From a virus: a DNA stretch of 64,000 nucleotides. Shown here piece by piece: positions 36,233 to 46,489 of the stretch. The stretch is from IMG/VR virus record IMGVR_UViG_3300042691_038651, positions 1 through 64,000 of that record; one strand, given 5' to 3'. The translations under genes and the position numbers were made by a program. Under the pieces are notes generated by a model, which worked only from the letters and a program-made list of their open reading frames with translations, was not told the DNA's origin and ran no database searches. Each line of letters starts with the position of its first letter. Position 1 is the stretch's first letter.

Positions 36233-38014
36233 ATGAAGAATTTTGGAGAAGAACACGGCTGGGAAATCGGCGTAGACTTTCCGGAGTGGGCTAACACCGA
36301 AGTCTATGTAAAGACTATCAGTAAAGGTTACCTACTGCCTGGAGAAAAACCTAAAGATGCCTATTGGCGAGTATGTACAAATGTTGCTCGTCGTCTTGGA
36401 AAACCGCAAATGGCTTCCAAGTTTTTTGACTATATTTGGAAAGGCTGGCTCTGCTTGGCAACACCGGTGCTATCAAACACCGGTTCAGACAGAGGTTTGC
36501 CAATCTCTTGCTTTGGTATTGACGTAGGCGATAGCGTTTATGAAATTGGAAGCAAGAATCTGGAACTAATGCTACTTGCAAAGCATGGTGGTGGCGTGGG
36601 AATTGGAATCAATAAGATTCGTCCTGCTGGCTCCAAGATAACCGACAACGGAACATCTGACGGTGTTGTACCTTTTTGCAAAATCTATGATTCTACTATC
36701 TTGGCAACAAGCCAGGGTTCGGTACGTCGTGGCGCTGCATCGGTAAACATCAATATTGATCACAAAGATTTTGAACAGTGGTTGGAAATCCGTGAACCAA
36801 AAGGCGATGTCAATCGTCAATCCCTCAACCTACACCAATGTGCTGTGGTTGGTGATAAGTTCATGCGTAAGCTACAAGATGGTGATTCAGAAGCTCGTCG
36901 CAAATGGTCAAAGCTTTTACAAAAACGTAAAGCAACTGGCGAACCTTACATCTTGTTCAAAGGAAACGTCAACAAGCAAAATCCTGAAGCATACAAAAAG
37001 AACGGGTTGAAAGTCTTTATGACTAACATCTGTTCAGAGATTGTATTACACACAGATGAATCACATTCATTCGTTTGCTGCCTAAGTTCATTGAACCTTG
37101 CAAAATATGATGAATGGCGAGACACTGACCTGGTATACACAGCAACCTGGTTCCTGGATGGAGTTCTTGAAGAATTCTTACAGAAGGCCAAAAATATGAA
37201 AGGCTTTGAAAACGCCGTAAGATCTGCTGAAAAAGGAAGAGCGCTCGGTCTTGGAGTACTTGGATGGCACACATACCTACAGCAAAAAGGTATTCCTTTT
37301 GAAGGCCTGCCTGCACAGTTTGAGACTCGAAAGATATTCTCCCAAATGAAGATTGAAAGCGAGCGCGCAAGCCGTGATATGGCTTCTGAGTATGGCGAAC
37401 CACTATGGTGCCGTGATACTGGATTCCGTAACACTCACCTGAGAGCAGTTGCTCCTACTGTATCAAACTCAAAACTGAGCGGAAACGTCAGCTCAGGAAT
37501 CGAACCTTGGGCTGCTAACGTATTCACAGAGCAGACTGCTAAAGGCACATTCATTCGTAAGAATCCTGAGTTGGAAAGAGTACTCCGTAAAATAGGTAAG
37601 AACAATAAGGAGGTCTGGGATCAGATCCTCGCCGACGGCGGTTCAGTACAAGGTCTAGATTTCATGGATGACTGGGGATTCCTGGAAGGCAAACTCGTGG
37701 AAAAAGCTACTGTCACAGATCCACTAATGATTGATCGCATCTTTCCAGTTAAAGAAGTCTACAAAACCTTTAAGGAAATCAACCAACTTGATTTGGTAAA
37801 ACAGGCAGGAGTTCGTCAGCAGTACATTGATCAATCATGTTCTTTGAACTTGGCGTTTCCTTCTACTGCCGAGCCAAAATGGATCAACCAGGTTCATATG
37901 GAAGCCTGGAAGCAAGGCGTAAAAACACTTTATTACACTCGCACAGAATCTGTACTTCGTGGTGATATTGCTGCTAAAGCAATGGATCCTGATTGCGTAT
38001 CCTGTGAAGGCTAA
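36233..38014 (+). CDS. nrdA: ribonucleotide reductase class Ia alpha subunit
   Basis: ATPVLSN, SCF, TNICSE, VCCLSSLN, APTVSNS, KTLYY, C-terminal CVSCEG. Confidence 0.95.
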   Translation: MKNFGEEHGWEIGVDFPEWANTEVYVKTISKGYLLPGEKPKDAYWRVCTNVARRLGKPQMASKFFDYIWKGWLCLATPVLSNTGSDRGLPISCFGIDVGDSVYEIGSKNLELMLLAKHGGGVGIGINKIRPAGSKITDNGTSDGVVPFCKIYDSTILATSQGSVRRGAASVNINIDHKDFEQWLEIREPKGDVNRQSLNLHQCAVVGDKFMRKLQDGDSEARRKWSKLLQKRKATGEPYILFKGNVNKQNPEAYKKNGLKVFMTNICSEIVLHTDESHSFVCCLSSLNLAKYDEWRDTDLVYTATWFLDGVLEEFLQKAKNMKGFENAVRSAEKGRALGLGVLGWHTYLQQKGIPFEGLPAQFETRKIFSQMKIESERASRDMASEYGEPLWCRDTGFRNTHLRAVAPTVSNSKLSGNVSSGIEPWAANVFTEQTAKGTFIRKNPELERVLRKIGKNNKEVWDQILADGGSVQGLDFMDDWGFLEGKLVEKATVTDPLMIDRIFPVKEVYKTFKEINQLDLVKQAGVRQQYIDQSCSLNLAFPSTAEPKWINQVHMEAWKQGVKTLYYTRTESVLRGDIAAKAMDPDCVSCEG

Positions 38015-38030
38015 AAATTACACTGAAATC

Positions 38031-38711
38031 ATGGCAATCAAAATTACAACTGACAAAATAGTTAGGCCACTACGACCAGCCAATGGTTCGGTGTTCAATA
38101 TCGACGAACTTAATGATGAAGTCGGTGGTTGGATAGAGCCGTTCAAAGTTGGACCGGTCTGGGTAATGGGCGCTGAAAAATCAAAAGATTTGCCTCTTAA
38201 TGACTTGGCCTCTTTTTTCTTTGAAGTGGCTTTACACGGAGACATCCTGGTAGTTCCGCCTCAACAACTACCAACTGACTGGGACATAATGGAAGACTCT
38301 GATAAGAGGCTGTCTGCTGATATGGTGGATAGCGGATTCCTACTCTCACTGCAAAATGCTCTGATGGTTAAGAGAATACGAGAACAAAACCCGGGAATGG
38401 TTGTTGACCCGACTGAACTATTTCAAAACCAGTTCAACATGCAACCAAAAGAGGAATACACTTACGACCCTCCTGTTGACGAAGAAATTGATGCAAACAC
38501 AGCAGATTTCTTATCCAAAGTTTACGAATACATGACTAAAGCGCCTGCGCAATTCAAAAATGGCATTTTGCTTGATGAGACTCAGGTAACAATCCGTACA
38601 CAAAAAGAAAATCTTAAGAGAATCTTAAGTATGATGAAAGGCATGTATTTGGAGACCGAGGAGTATGAAAAATGCGCAGTCATCCAACAGGTGGAAGAAC
38701 AATGCAAATAA
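38031..38711 (+). CDS. hypothetical protein with C-terminal UvrB/C-like motif
   Basis: LNDEVGGWIE near the N-terminus; EEYEKCAVIQ at the C-terminus. Confidence 0.55.
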   Translation: MAIKITTDKIVRPLRPANGSVFNIDELNDEVGGWIEPFKVGPVWVMGAEKSKDLPLNDLASFFFEVALHGDILVVPPQQLPTDWDIMEDSDKRLSADMVDSGFLLSLQNALMVKRIREQNPGMVVDPTELFQNQFNMQPKEEYTYDPPVDEEIDANTADFLSKVYEYMTKAPAQFKNGILLDETQVTIRTQKENLKRILSMMKGMYLETEEYEKCAVIQQVEEQCK

Positions 38712-38737
38712 ATACAAAAACAAAAAACAAAACAAAC

Positions 38738-38935
38738 ATGGAAAACCTAACAGCTTACGACTTGAAAAGAAAAGAGAAGAACGTACCTTTCACAGAATGT
38801 ACTATCGTTAAAACTTCTCGCGGTGGCTACATGGCCAAAGGTGTAAACGCCTATGGCAACAAAATGAACGCTATGCTTTCAGAAGCAAAAGCTCTTGAAG
38901 CTATCGAAAAAGGAATTGCAACAAAAGGATACTAA
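38738..38935 (+). CDS. small basic putative DNA-binding protein (DUF5679/CC1-like, from recall)
   Basis: TAYDLKRKEK...IVKTSRGGYMAKG...GNKM. Confidence 0.5.
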   Translation: MENLTAYDLKRKEKNVPFTECTIVKTSRGGYMAKGVNAYGNKMNAMLSEAKALEAIEKGIATKGY

Positions 38936-38960
38936 TTGTCCATAAGTTGTTAATAACTTT

Positions 38961-38992
38961 AAGCCCAAAGATTTTTTTCTTTGGGCTTTTTT
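38961..38992 (+). terminator. intrinsic terminator
   Basis: aagcccaaaga...tctttgggctt followed by a T-run. Confidence 0.75.
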
Positions 38993-39023
38993 GGTTAATT
39001 TTATACTATACAATTAAAACTGA

Positions 39024-40853
39024 ATGAGTAACCGATTTGAATTAGAGCAACATTACATAGCTGCAAAAGAGGCGTACTACAGCGGAACACCTCTACTGTC
39101 TGACGACGAGTTTGACCGATTGGAAGCTGATCTGCTTTCTCTTGGATCTGACGTTCCGTATATCGTAGGATCTGACGACCGCAAGGCTAAGTATTCTCAT
39201 CCATCACCAATGCTTTCCCTGGCTAAATACCAGGCAACTATCGACGGAACGCCGCCGACTGAATCTGCCGTGGCGTGGATGAAGAAATTTGGTGCAACCT
39301 CTTTCGAATTTACTCCAAAGTATGATGGTAACGCCGCTAACGCAATCTACGTAGACGGTAAGCTTTCTCAGGTACTCACTCGCGGTAATGGAACTAAAGG
39401 CCGCGACATCACAGACAAGGTAAAACATAATCTGCCTGACACGGTAGGTTTCAATGGAACCGTGGAAGTCCGTGGCGAGGTAGTTATCAAAATTTCTACC
39501 TTCAATGCAAAATATGCCACTTTCAAGAATCCTCGTAACTATGTGGCAGGCGTCCTTAACAGGGACGAAAATCCTGCTGAGGTAATTGCTGACCTGGACT
39601 TCATCCCACTCGAGGTAAGACATCATAATGACGGAGAAATCATTTATATTGCTCCAAGAGTTCCAGGCTTCAAACACACTGCTCATATATTCTATGGTGG
39701 ACCAGAATCTTTCGAGGCTGCTTACCGTGATATGGTGGAATACCGTAAAACATCCGAGTATCAGTTGGATGGTTTTGTAATCAAGGCTCCCGAAGGTCTC
39801 CGACCACAATGGGGAGAAAATTCTCACGACCCTAACTGGGCAGTGGCAATTAAGTTTCCACCAAAGGAAGCAATCACTACTATCAAAAGTATCTCTTGGC
39901 AGTATGGCAAATCCGGGGCGGTAACTCCTGTGGCTGTCATGGAACCAGTAGATCTGGATGGATCTACAGTATCTCGAGCTGCACTATTCAATTACACATA
40001 TCTAAAGAATATCGGCGCGTACCCAGGTGCTCAGGTTATTATTGCAAAATCAGGAGATATCATTCCGCAAATCATATCGGTAATCAAAGCTGGCAACGAA
40101 AAGCATTTTGAACATCCAACACACTGCAAATGCGGATCTGAATTGGTTCAATCAGGCGTCCATCTGATGTGCGAAAATGAAAATTGCGAAATGGGAGAAT
40201 GGCACAAATTCTACCAAGGCGTGGCATGGTTGGATCTGGATGGCGTAGGTGGTTCAATGGTAAAACAGCTCTTTGCGGTAGGTTACCGTAGCGGTTTGGA
40301 ATTGCTCAATCCTACCAAGTTTAACAAGGAAATTCTCTTAAGCAAAGGTTTCAAGGACGGAAAGATCTTGGCAAATATGCTGGAACAGGTTTCCCGCATC
40401 ACCGAAATCACTCCACGCGAAATCTTAATGATTATGGCTTTCCGCAACATGGGTGGAACTACAGCCAAGCAGGTCGGTAACTTCCTATCAGGAATCGAAT
40501 ACAGCTTTCACGGCTTGGAAAAATCCGTAGTATCTGGATTCGGTCCAGGTGAACCAAAAAGAATTGCGTATGAAAATGCAATTGCAGAAATTGGTCAATA
40601 CATCAAAGTAGTTCTTCCTGAAGCAATCTCGGCAGAAAGCATCGGATACGAAATGACGGGTTCTCCAAAGGCTGCGGGGTTCAAAACCAAGCAGGAATTT
40701 GTGGAAGCTGCCAAGGCAAAAGGATATCACCACAGTGGAATAAAAGGCGCAAAAGTCTTATTCACAGATGATCTATCATCAACCAGTAGTAAAATGGCAG
40801 AAGCCCGTAAAAGAGGCATCCAGATATTACCTTATTCAATCATAACCGAGTAA
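39024..40853 (+). CDS. ligA: NAD-dependent DNA ligase
   Basis: HPSPMLSL, PKYDG, TRGNG..G.DIT, EVRGE, NPRN, DGFVIK, AIKFP, SGDIIP, Zn finger, BRCT-like tail. Confidence 0.93.
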   Translation: MSNRFELEQHYIAAKEAYYSGTPLLSDDEFDRLEADLLSLGSDVPYIVGSDDRKAKYSHPSPMLSLAKYQATIDGTPPTESAVAWMKKFGATSFEFTPKYDGNAANAIYVDGKLSQVLTRGNGTKGRDITDKVKHNLPDTVGFNGTVEVRGEVVIKISTFNAKYATFKNPRNYVAGVLNRDENPAEVIADLDFIPLEVRHHNDGEIIYIAPRVPGFKHTAHIFYGGPESFEAAYRDMVEYRKTSEYQLDGFVIKAPEGLRPQWGENSHDPNWAVAIKFPPKEAITTIKSISWQYGKSGAVTPVAVMEPVDLDGSTVSRAALFNYTYLKNIGAYPGAQVIIAKSGDIIPQIISVIKAGNEKHFEHPTHCKCGSELVQSGVHLMCENENCEMGEWHKFYQGVAWLDLDGVGGSMVKQLFAVGYRSGLELLNPTKFNKEILLSKGFKDGKILANMLEQVSRITEITPREILMIMAFRNMGGTTAKQVGNFLSGIEYSFHGLEKSVVSGFGPGEPKRIAYENAIAEIGQYIKVVLPEAISAESIGYEMTGSPKAAGFKTKQEFVEAAKAKGYHHSGIKGAKVLFTDDLSSTSSKMAEARKRGIQILPYSIITE

Positions 40854-40947
40854 CCATCTGGTGTACAGAGGTGACCACTGTGAAACTTTATTCTCCGAGA
40901 TAATATAACTACTGTAAAGAAATCTAAAGTAACTCTAAGATATACTA

Positions 40948-42768
40948 ATGGCAAAGAATAACAATAGCAAAGAAATCGTAGCTCTATCAGATTTTGAGCA
41001 CGTACTACACAGGCCGACCATGTACATTGGTTCGGTAGAACGCTCTGATGAGAAAGTTCAAATCATTGAGGTAGATGAAGGTGGAAAGACCGGAAAAATC
41101 ATAGAAAAACCAAAAGTGATCTCGGTTGGCTTCTACAAAATGCTTAACGAGATCGTGGATAACTCATTCGACGAGGCCAAGCGTATGAAAGGCGCGATGC
41201 CAAAAATCCGTGTAGAAATCAACTCTAAAACCAACCAGGTAAAAGTCACTGATACTGGCGGCGGTTTCATCAATGCAGAAAAGCCAAACAGCAAAACCGG
41301 GACCAGCAATGTGGAAACAGCGCTTTCCATGCTACGAGCAGGCTCAAACTTCTACAATGAAAGCTCGACAGACAGCCTCATTGGTACAAACGGAGTAGGT
41401 GCTGCCTTGGTAAATATGCTTTCTGATGAGTTTGAGGTACACACAGTTAACGGCGAAGTTGACTACAAAATTAGTTGGAAAAGATTTGTCAAAGACAAGG
41501 AGGAATGCAAGCCTGCTGGTAAAGCAACCAAAGGAACAACAATTACATACACTCCGCGAAAAGATACATTCAAAGGATGCACATGGGACATGGAATACCT
41601 ACACACCATGTTTGTATTCAGACAGTTTCTCATCAAGCGCGATCCGCAGTTGCAAAACATGGTATTGGAATTTGTGTTTGATGGCAAATTGCTTAATTTG
41701 AATCTGCCTTTCCTGCCTGAGCAATATCTGGAAGTTCACAATGACCTGGGAACTTTCTTCCTCTGGGAAGGGTATGCAAATGGTACATCCGTATCGTTCA
41801 TCAACGGTGCTAACTGTAGCGGTATTCACCAACGTATCATGTATGACTGGGTCAATGATATGTTTGACTATCCACAGGCACATATGTTTTACGGAACATT
41901 CTTTGTACTCAACCTGCCTCCAAAGCTGGTAAAGTTTGGTGACCAAAATAAGACCAAGTATGCAGGAGGCCGCTGGGAAATTCAACCGCTCTTAGAAAAG
42001 AAGTTTTTTGCTAAGCTAAAGCGACAATTGCTAGGTTCGGAAATCTTTCAAATCATCAAAAAGAAAATTGACGAACGCAATCTCAAACAAGACCTAAACA
42101 CTCTAAAGTCCAAGAAGAAAGCTGCTGCCAAGAAAGTTAGCGACAAGTACTTTCCGCCATCACAGGCCAAAGGTACATTGTTTATTGTGGAAGGTTCTTC
42201 GGCGATGGGATCAATCCTACAAAAGCGAGATCCTCGCACGGATGGCGTCTACTCGTTAAAGGGAAAGATCAAAAATGCTCGTACAGTTCGTGACCTGGGT
42301 ACTAACGCGGAAATCATCGACTTAATGAACATCCTCAATTTGGAACCCGGAAACGGAAAAGGCTGTACATTTGCAAACGTAGCCATTGCAACTGACTGGG
42401 ACCCAGATGGTATCGGTCACATTGCATCCTTGGTAATTAACCTCTTCTACAAATGGTTCCCACAAGTCATCGACTCTGGCAAGCTCAATATCCTCATTAC
42501 GCCACTTGCATCCATTGATGTAAACAGCAAACGTCAATACTTCTATTCGCTAGAAGAATTTGGTGCGTACGAAAAAGCTGGCAACAAGATGAGTAACGTC
42601 CGATACCTTAAAGGTCTGGGTTCACTCAGCATTCAGGACTGGGAAGTGGTAATGTCTGAGCGAGCAATGTTCAAAATCAAGAACGACCGCTCTTCCGGTA
42701 AGTACATCGACATTGCATTTGGTCTTAACTCCAACAAACGTAAGAAGTGGTTGGAAGGACAACTCTAA
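40948..42768 (+). CDS. type II topoisomerase ATPase/TOPRIM subunit (gp39+60/GyrB-like)
   Basis: EHVLHRPTMYIGS, EIVDNS.DE, GTNGVG, IVEGSSA, LKGK, TDWDPDG, RYLKGLGS. Confidence 0.95.
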   Translation: MAKNNNSKEIVALSDFEHVLHRPTMYIGSVERSDEKVQIIEVDEGGKTGKIIEKPKVISVGFYKMLNEIVDNSFDEAKRMKGAMPKIRVEINSKTNQVKVTDTGGGFINAEKPNSKTGTSNVETALSMLRAGSNFYNESSTDSLIGTNGVGAALVNMLSDEFEVHTVNGEVDYKISWKRFVKDKEECKPAGKATKGTTITYTPRKDTFKGCTWDMEYLHTMFVFRQFLIKRDPQLQNMVLEFVFDGKLLNLNLPFLPEQYLEVHNDLGTFFLWEGYANGTSVSFINGANCSGIHQRIMYDWVNDMFDYPQAHMFYGTFFVLNLPPKLVKFGDQNKTKYAGGRWEIQPLLEKKFFAKLKRQLLGSEIFQIIKKKIDERNLKQDLNTLKSKKKAAAKKVSDKYFPPSQAKGTLFIVEGSSAMGSILQKRDPRTDGVYSLKGKIKNARTVRDLGTNAEIIDLMNILNLEPGNGKGCTFANVAIATDWDPDGIGHIASLVINLFYKWFPQVIDSGKLNILITPLASIDVNSKRQYFYSLEEFGAYEKAGNKMSNVRYLKGLGSLSIQDWEVVMSERAMFKIKNDRSSGKYIDIAFGLNSNKRKKWLEGQL

Positions 42769-42805
42769 GCCTTGATATATAGAAGGTAAAAAATAAGAGA
42801 GCGTA

Positions 42806-43222
42806 ATGAAGCACACAAAAACATTTAGTCAATTCATCGACGAAAAGAAAGACGAAAAGTACATTGCACATGTCAACGACGGTAGAGAGCCGGGCGGTTC
42901 TGACAAAGACATCAAAAAAGACTACAATCTCGATGTAGAGAACAGAGACAACGACGGTTTTGATATCGTTGGTTCAAAAGAAGATGTACAGGCTTTTATC
43001 GATGACTACGGCATCATTTTAGATGATGAAATTGCATTGGTCGAAAGCGCAGGATACATTGAGGTTATGGATCTTACACGAGTAGCAAACGCTTTAGGAG
43101 AAGTTCAAAGAGTATGGACTGAGTGGAAATCTGGTCCTGCAACCGAGCCAAGCGATATTAAACCAGCACAGAAAGATCTGAAAGGATGGATCGACCGTTG
43201 GTTCAAAGATAACATTAAGTAA
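42806..43222 (+). CDS. CTS-leader two-module protein
   Basis: MKHTKTFSQFIDE; internal LVE|S. Confidence 0.68.
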   Translation: MKHTKTFSQFIDEKKDEKYIAHVNDGREPGGSDKDIKKDYNLDVENRDNDGFDIVGSKEDVQAFIDDYGIILDDEIALVESAGYIEVMDLTRVANALGEVQRVWTEWKSGPATEPSDIKPAQKDLKGWIDRWFKDNIK

Positions 43223-43223
43223 T

Positions 43224-44009
43224 ATGAAGCACATAAGCACATTTGAAAATTTCCTGAATGAGGGTAATGCCTCAATGTACAAGAGCACGGTTCAAAATGC
43301 TCTTAAACTTTTAGGGTATGACTTAAAGCAGTCTGAACTTAAGGTTGGCGTTAAGAAAGAAAAGTTATATGACTTGATTACGCTTAACGGAGAACTTCTT
43401 TGTTCTTCTTCTGACTATGCTCAAATGGTAACCTGGATTCAAAACGCGGTAAAAGAAGATCCTGCAAAATATGGTCTGGATCCAAGAGTATTAGAATCGG
43501 AAGACGTGAATGAAGGCGACATGACAAAAGACTATGACGGCTTCATTGTAATTGACTACAAAACAAAGAAGAACTACAAGTTTAGATACATCAAGGGGAC
43601 TAACAACGTTAAAGTTGAAGACGAGGCAATTGCAAAACTTATGAAAGACACAAGACAGCCTCGAGCAACCTTTGCAGTAAACGGGTTGGTTAGAAAAGGT
43701 GAGTGGGATAAGTCTGACGCTCAAGTACTTGAATCAGCAAATGAGGCAAAGGACATGTCATACTGGAAACAATACGCTGAAGGCCATCATTCATCACCAA
43801 AGTGGTACAACGAAGAAGTAAAGAACGCGTCAGAAATTGCTGACCTCGTTGACGAGGTTATTAAGAATGACCAGGCTGAAGCGGAAATTCCTTTTGAGAT
43901 TGATGCAAAAGACGAGAAGGCTCTCGTTAAAATGGCAACCGATTATTTCAATCAATTCAAAACTATCAACGGCAACGTCATCAGCGCGATGATATTCCAA
44001 GGAGCATAA
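43224..44009 (+). CDS. CTS-leader three-module protein
   Basis: MKHISTFENFLNE|G; linkers VLESEDVNE|G and VLESANE|A. Confidence 0.72.
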   Translation: MKHISTFENFLNEGNASMYKSTVQNALKLLGYDLKQSELKVGVKKEKLYDLITLNGELLCSSSDYAQMVTWIQNAVKEDPAKYGLDPRVLESEDVNEGDMTKDYDGFIVIDYKTKKNYKFRYIKGTNNVKVEDEAIAKLMKDTRQPRATFAVNGLVRKGEWDKSDAQVLESANEAKDMSYWKQYAEGHHSSPKWYNEEVKNASEIADLVDEVIKNDQAEAEIPFEIDAKDEKALVKMATDYFNQFKTINGNVISAMIFQGA

Positions 44010-44026
44010 AAACAAAACACACATAA

Positions 44027-44386
44027 ATGGAAAAGGAACTACTCAATAACGTCCTACAGATCCAGTCGCAATTAAAGGTGCTTCACTGGCAGACAGAGAG
44101 CTACGCTGAACACAATGCGTTTGGCATGACTTACGATACATTAGATGACCTGTTCGACCAAATCATTGAAGTATACAGCGGTAAATACGGCCGTCCTAAA
44201 TTTGACGGCATGAAGAACATTGCTCTTGCTGATTATGAAAACATCAAGGTAGATGCGTTCATCGACGGTGCATTAAACTTCTTTGAAAATGCTTTCATGG
44301 CAGAGAGCGACAGCGAACTTGGAAACATCTGCGACGAGATCAAAGCTGCTCTTGACAAGCTGAAGTATTTGCTGACTCTAAAATAA
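44027..44386 (+). CDS. Dps/ferritin-like four-helix protein (DUF5856-like)
   Basis: LHWQTESYAEH...YD.LDDLFD.IIE...GKYGRP...KYLLTL. Confidence 0.75.
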   Translation: MEKELLNNVLQIQSQLKVLHWQTESYAEHNAFGMTYDTLDDLFDQIIEVYSGKYGRPKFDGMKNIALADYENIKVDAFIDGALNFFENAFMAESDSELGNICDEIKAALDKLKYLLTLK

Positions 44387-44398
44387 GTCTAGCAAAAA

Positions 44399-44737
44399 TT
44401 GGCAGCGTACATCGGAACCATTAGGCAGATCAATTCTGCCAAGTTTGGGCCTCCATTAAAAGAAGGCTATACACAGATTGATGTAATTGTTGATGTAAAC
44501 AAAGATTATCCTAGAGCAATAGTATCAATCCCTTCGTATAGCGTGTCACAACTACAGGCTGTAGTAGACGGGCTTGATGGTGAGGTTTCAACTTACATTT
44601 CTGATGGGGTTATCAAAGCATCTCGCGGCGAATATCAGTTAGCCAAAGGTGAGGAGCCACCCAAAATTGCTGAGATACTTATGCCATCCGGCTCTGTGCT
44701 CTTTAGAATCATATATCAAATTATGTCAACCAGATAA
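44399..44737 (+). CDS. hypothetical protein
   Basis: TTG-start ORF that fills the gap. Confidence 0.5.
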   Translation: MAAYIGTIRQINSAKFGPPLKEGYTQIDVIVDVNKDYPRAIVSIPSYSVSQLQAVVDGLDGEVSTYISDGVIKASRGEYQLAKGEEPPKIAEILMPSGSVLFRIIYQIMSTR

Positions 44738-44738
44738 C

Positions 44739-44990
44739 ATGAAACACGTTAAAGAATACTACGAATACATCACTGAAGGCAAGAAGCAGATTCAGTTCAC
44801 ACTAAAGACCGATAAGAAGTTCAATCTATTTGATCTCTTAAATGCTCTCAAGCCGCTTGGTGGAGAAGTCTTGGACGGTCAACCAAACGGGGATGCCAAG
44901 GACGAGCTGATTGTCACAGTTGCTGTAGATGATTCCAAGAAAAAGAAGATTGAGGAAGAAATTGCAAAGTATGCAAAGATCCTAAAGTAA
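44739..44990 (+). CDS. CTS-leader protein
   Basis: MKHVKEYYEYITE|G; start moved from 44649 to the leader. Confidence 0.65.
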   Translation: MKHVKEYYEYITEGKKQIQFTLKTDKKFNLFDLLNALKPLGGEVLDGQPNGDAKDELIVTVAVDDSKKKKIEEEIAKYAKILK

Positions 44991-45010
44991 ATTTACTTAC
45001 ACATATTGTT

Positions 45011-45037
45011 AACAAGGGGGCCTCGGTCCCCTTTGTT
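45011..45037 (+). terminator. hairpin terminator closing the late island
   Basis: aagggggc-ctcg-gtcccctt then tgtt. Confidence 0.6.
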
Positions 45038-45091
45038 GATGAAACCTTGTTCACTCATTGAATATAACTATAAATGCTCTAAATATACTGC

Positions 45092-46489
45092 ATGGCAAAG
45101 AAGATCTATAACTTACCTATTTCGAAGCAAATTAACACAAACTTCCGCAACTACGCACTCTATGTACTGGAAAATCGCGGAATACCATCTTTCTATGATG
45201 GTCTTACAAACGTTCAACGCTTCATCTTGGTGAATGCACCAAGCAACTATCACAAAACAATTTCTGTCGTGGGTTCCTGCATTTCTGACGGATATCACCA
45301 CGGCGACAAATCTCTAACTGGCGCGGTTAACAAACTGGCTCGTCCGTTTGGTTGCTCTGAGCAACTATTGCTTGGCGATGGATTCTTTGGAACGCCAGTT
45401 CAGCAGGAACCTTCTGCTGCTCGTTACACCTCTGTAAAGATTGCTCCTGGGATTTCCGATATGATTCGGAAGAACACATTCCTTAACACACGCAATGACG
45501 AAACTGGCTGGGATCCGCTCTGGGTTGATCTGCCAATTGGTCTTTCTACTACAATCATCGGTATTGCGGTTGGTTACAAAACCACGGTTCTGCCTCGTAG
45601 CATGAAAGATGTTCAAAAGTACCTGGATGGAAAACTCAAAGAGGTCAAGCCGTACTTCAAAGACTTTAGCGGAAAAATCACTCGCTTCAAGGGAATGGAC
45701 AAGTCTTGGTTGATTGAAGGGGTTGCCGAGAAAAACGTATCTGAGCGTTGGATTCGAGTAACTGAGCTTCCACCTCTTATGAAGTATGGTTCTTTCCTAA
45801 AGAAACTCGATGCAATCTTAAATTACCACCCAGGCGTAAAGGTAACCAACAACTCTTCTACAAACGTAGATATTCATCTGCGCTATAGCGGTAACGAGGA
45901 AGGCTGGGTTGCTTTTTCTGAAGCAATTGAACGCTCAATCAAAATGTTGGTAACGGAAACTCCGGTCTTTGTAAAAGATGGATTGGTGTTGGAATACGAC
46001 CGCATTGAGGACTATATCGAGGATTTCAAATATCGCCGTGCACAGCTACGCGTTGAACGCGCCAAACACTTCTTACGGGAAGCCAATGATGAATTGGAAT
46101 TTGCACGATGCAAAGAAAAGTACTTAATGTATATGTTGGAAACTCAACGAAAAGAAAATGAAGTTGAGAAGTTCCTTAATGGTGTTACCAAGAATCCAAG
46201 AGTTAAACGTCGACTGGAGTCTATATACCTCAAATCTCTAAATGAACAAGAGTTGGAAAGAACTCGTAAAGAAATCAAGAGGTTAGAAGAATTACAGGCC
46301 CAGCAAACTATAGAACTCGCCGAGGCTACCAAAATTCTAGAATCAATGGTAGATACCGCTACATCGCGCGGTACATCTAGTAAAACATCAAGTGCCGCAA
46401 ATCTGTTTGAAGACGAAGAGGAAATTGATGGAATAGCTGTTTGGGATGGCGATCTCGAACCCGAGGAAGAAACAACAAACCAAGAATAA
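45092..46489 (+). CDS. type II topoisomerase DNA-cleavage subunit (gp52/GyrA-like)
   Basis: RGIPSFYDGLTNVQR, YHHGD, GFFG, AARYT (catalytic Tyr), GIAVGYKT. Confidence 0.95.
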   Translation: MAKKIYNLPISKQINTNFRNYALYVLENRGIPSFYDGLTNVQRFILVNAPSNYHKTISVVGSCISDGYHHGDKSLTGAVNKLARPFGCSEQLLLGDGFFGTPVQQEPSAARYTSVKIAPGISDMIRKNTFLNTRNDETGWDPLWVDLPIGLSTTIIGIAVGYKTTVLPRSMKDVQKYLDGKLKEVKPYFKDFSGKITRFKGMDKSWLIEGVAEKNVSERWIRVTELPPLMKYGSFLKKLDAILNYHPGVKVTNNSSTNVDIHLRYSGNEEGWVAFSEAIERSIKMLVTETPVFVKDGLVLEYDRIEDYIEDFKYRRAQLRVERAKHFLREANDELEFARCKEKYLMYMLETQRKENEVEKFLNGVTKNPRVKRRLESIYLKSLNEQELERTRKEIKRLEELQAQQTIELAEATKILESMVDTATSRGTSSKTSSAANLFEDEEEIDGIAVWDGDLEPEEETTNQE

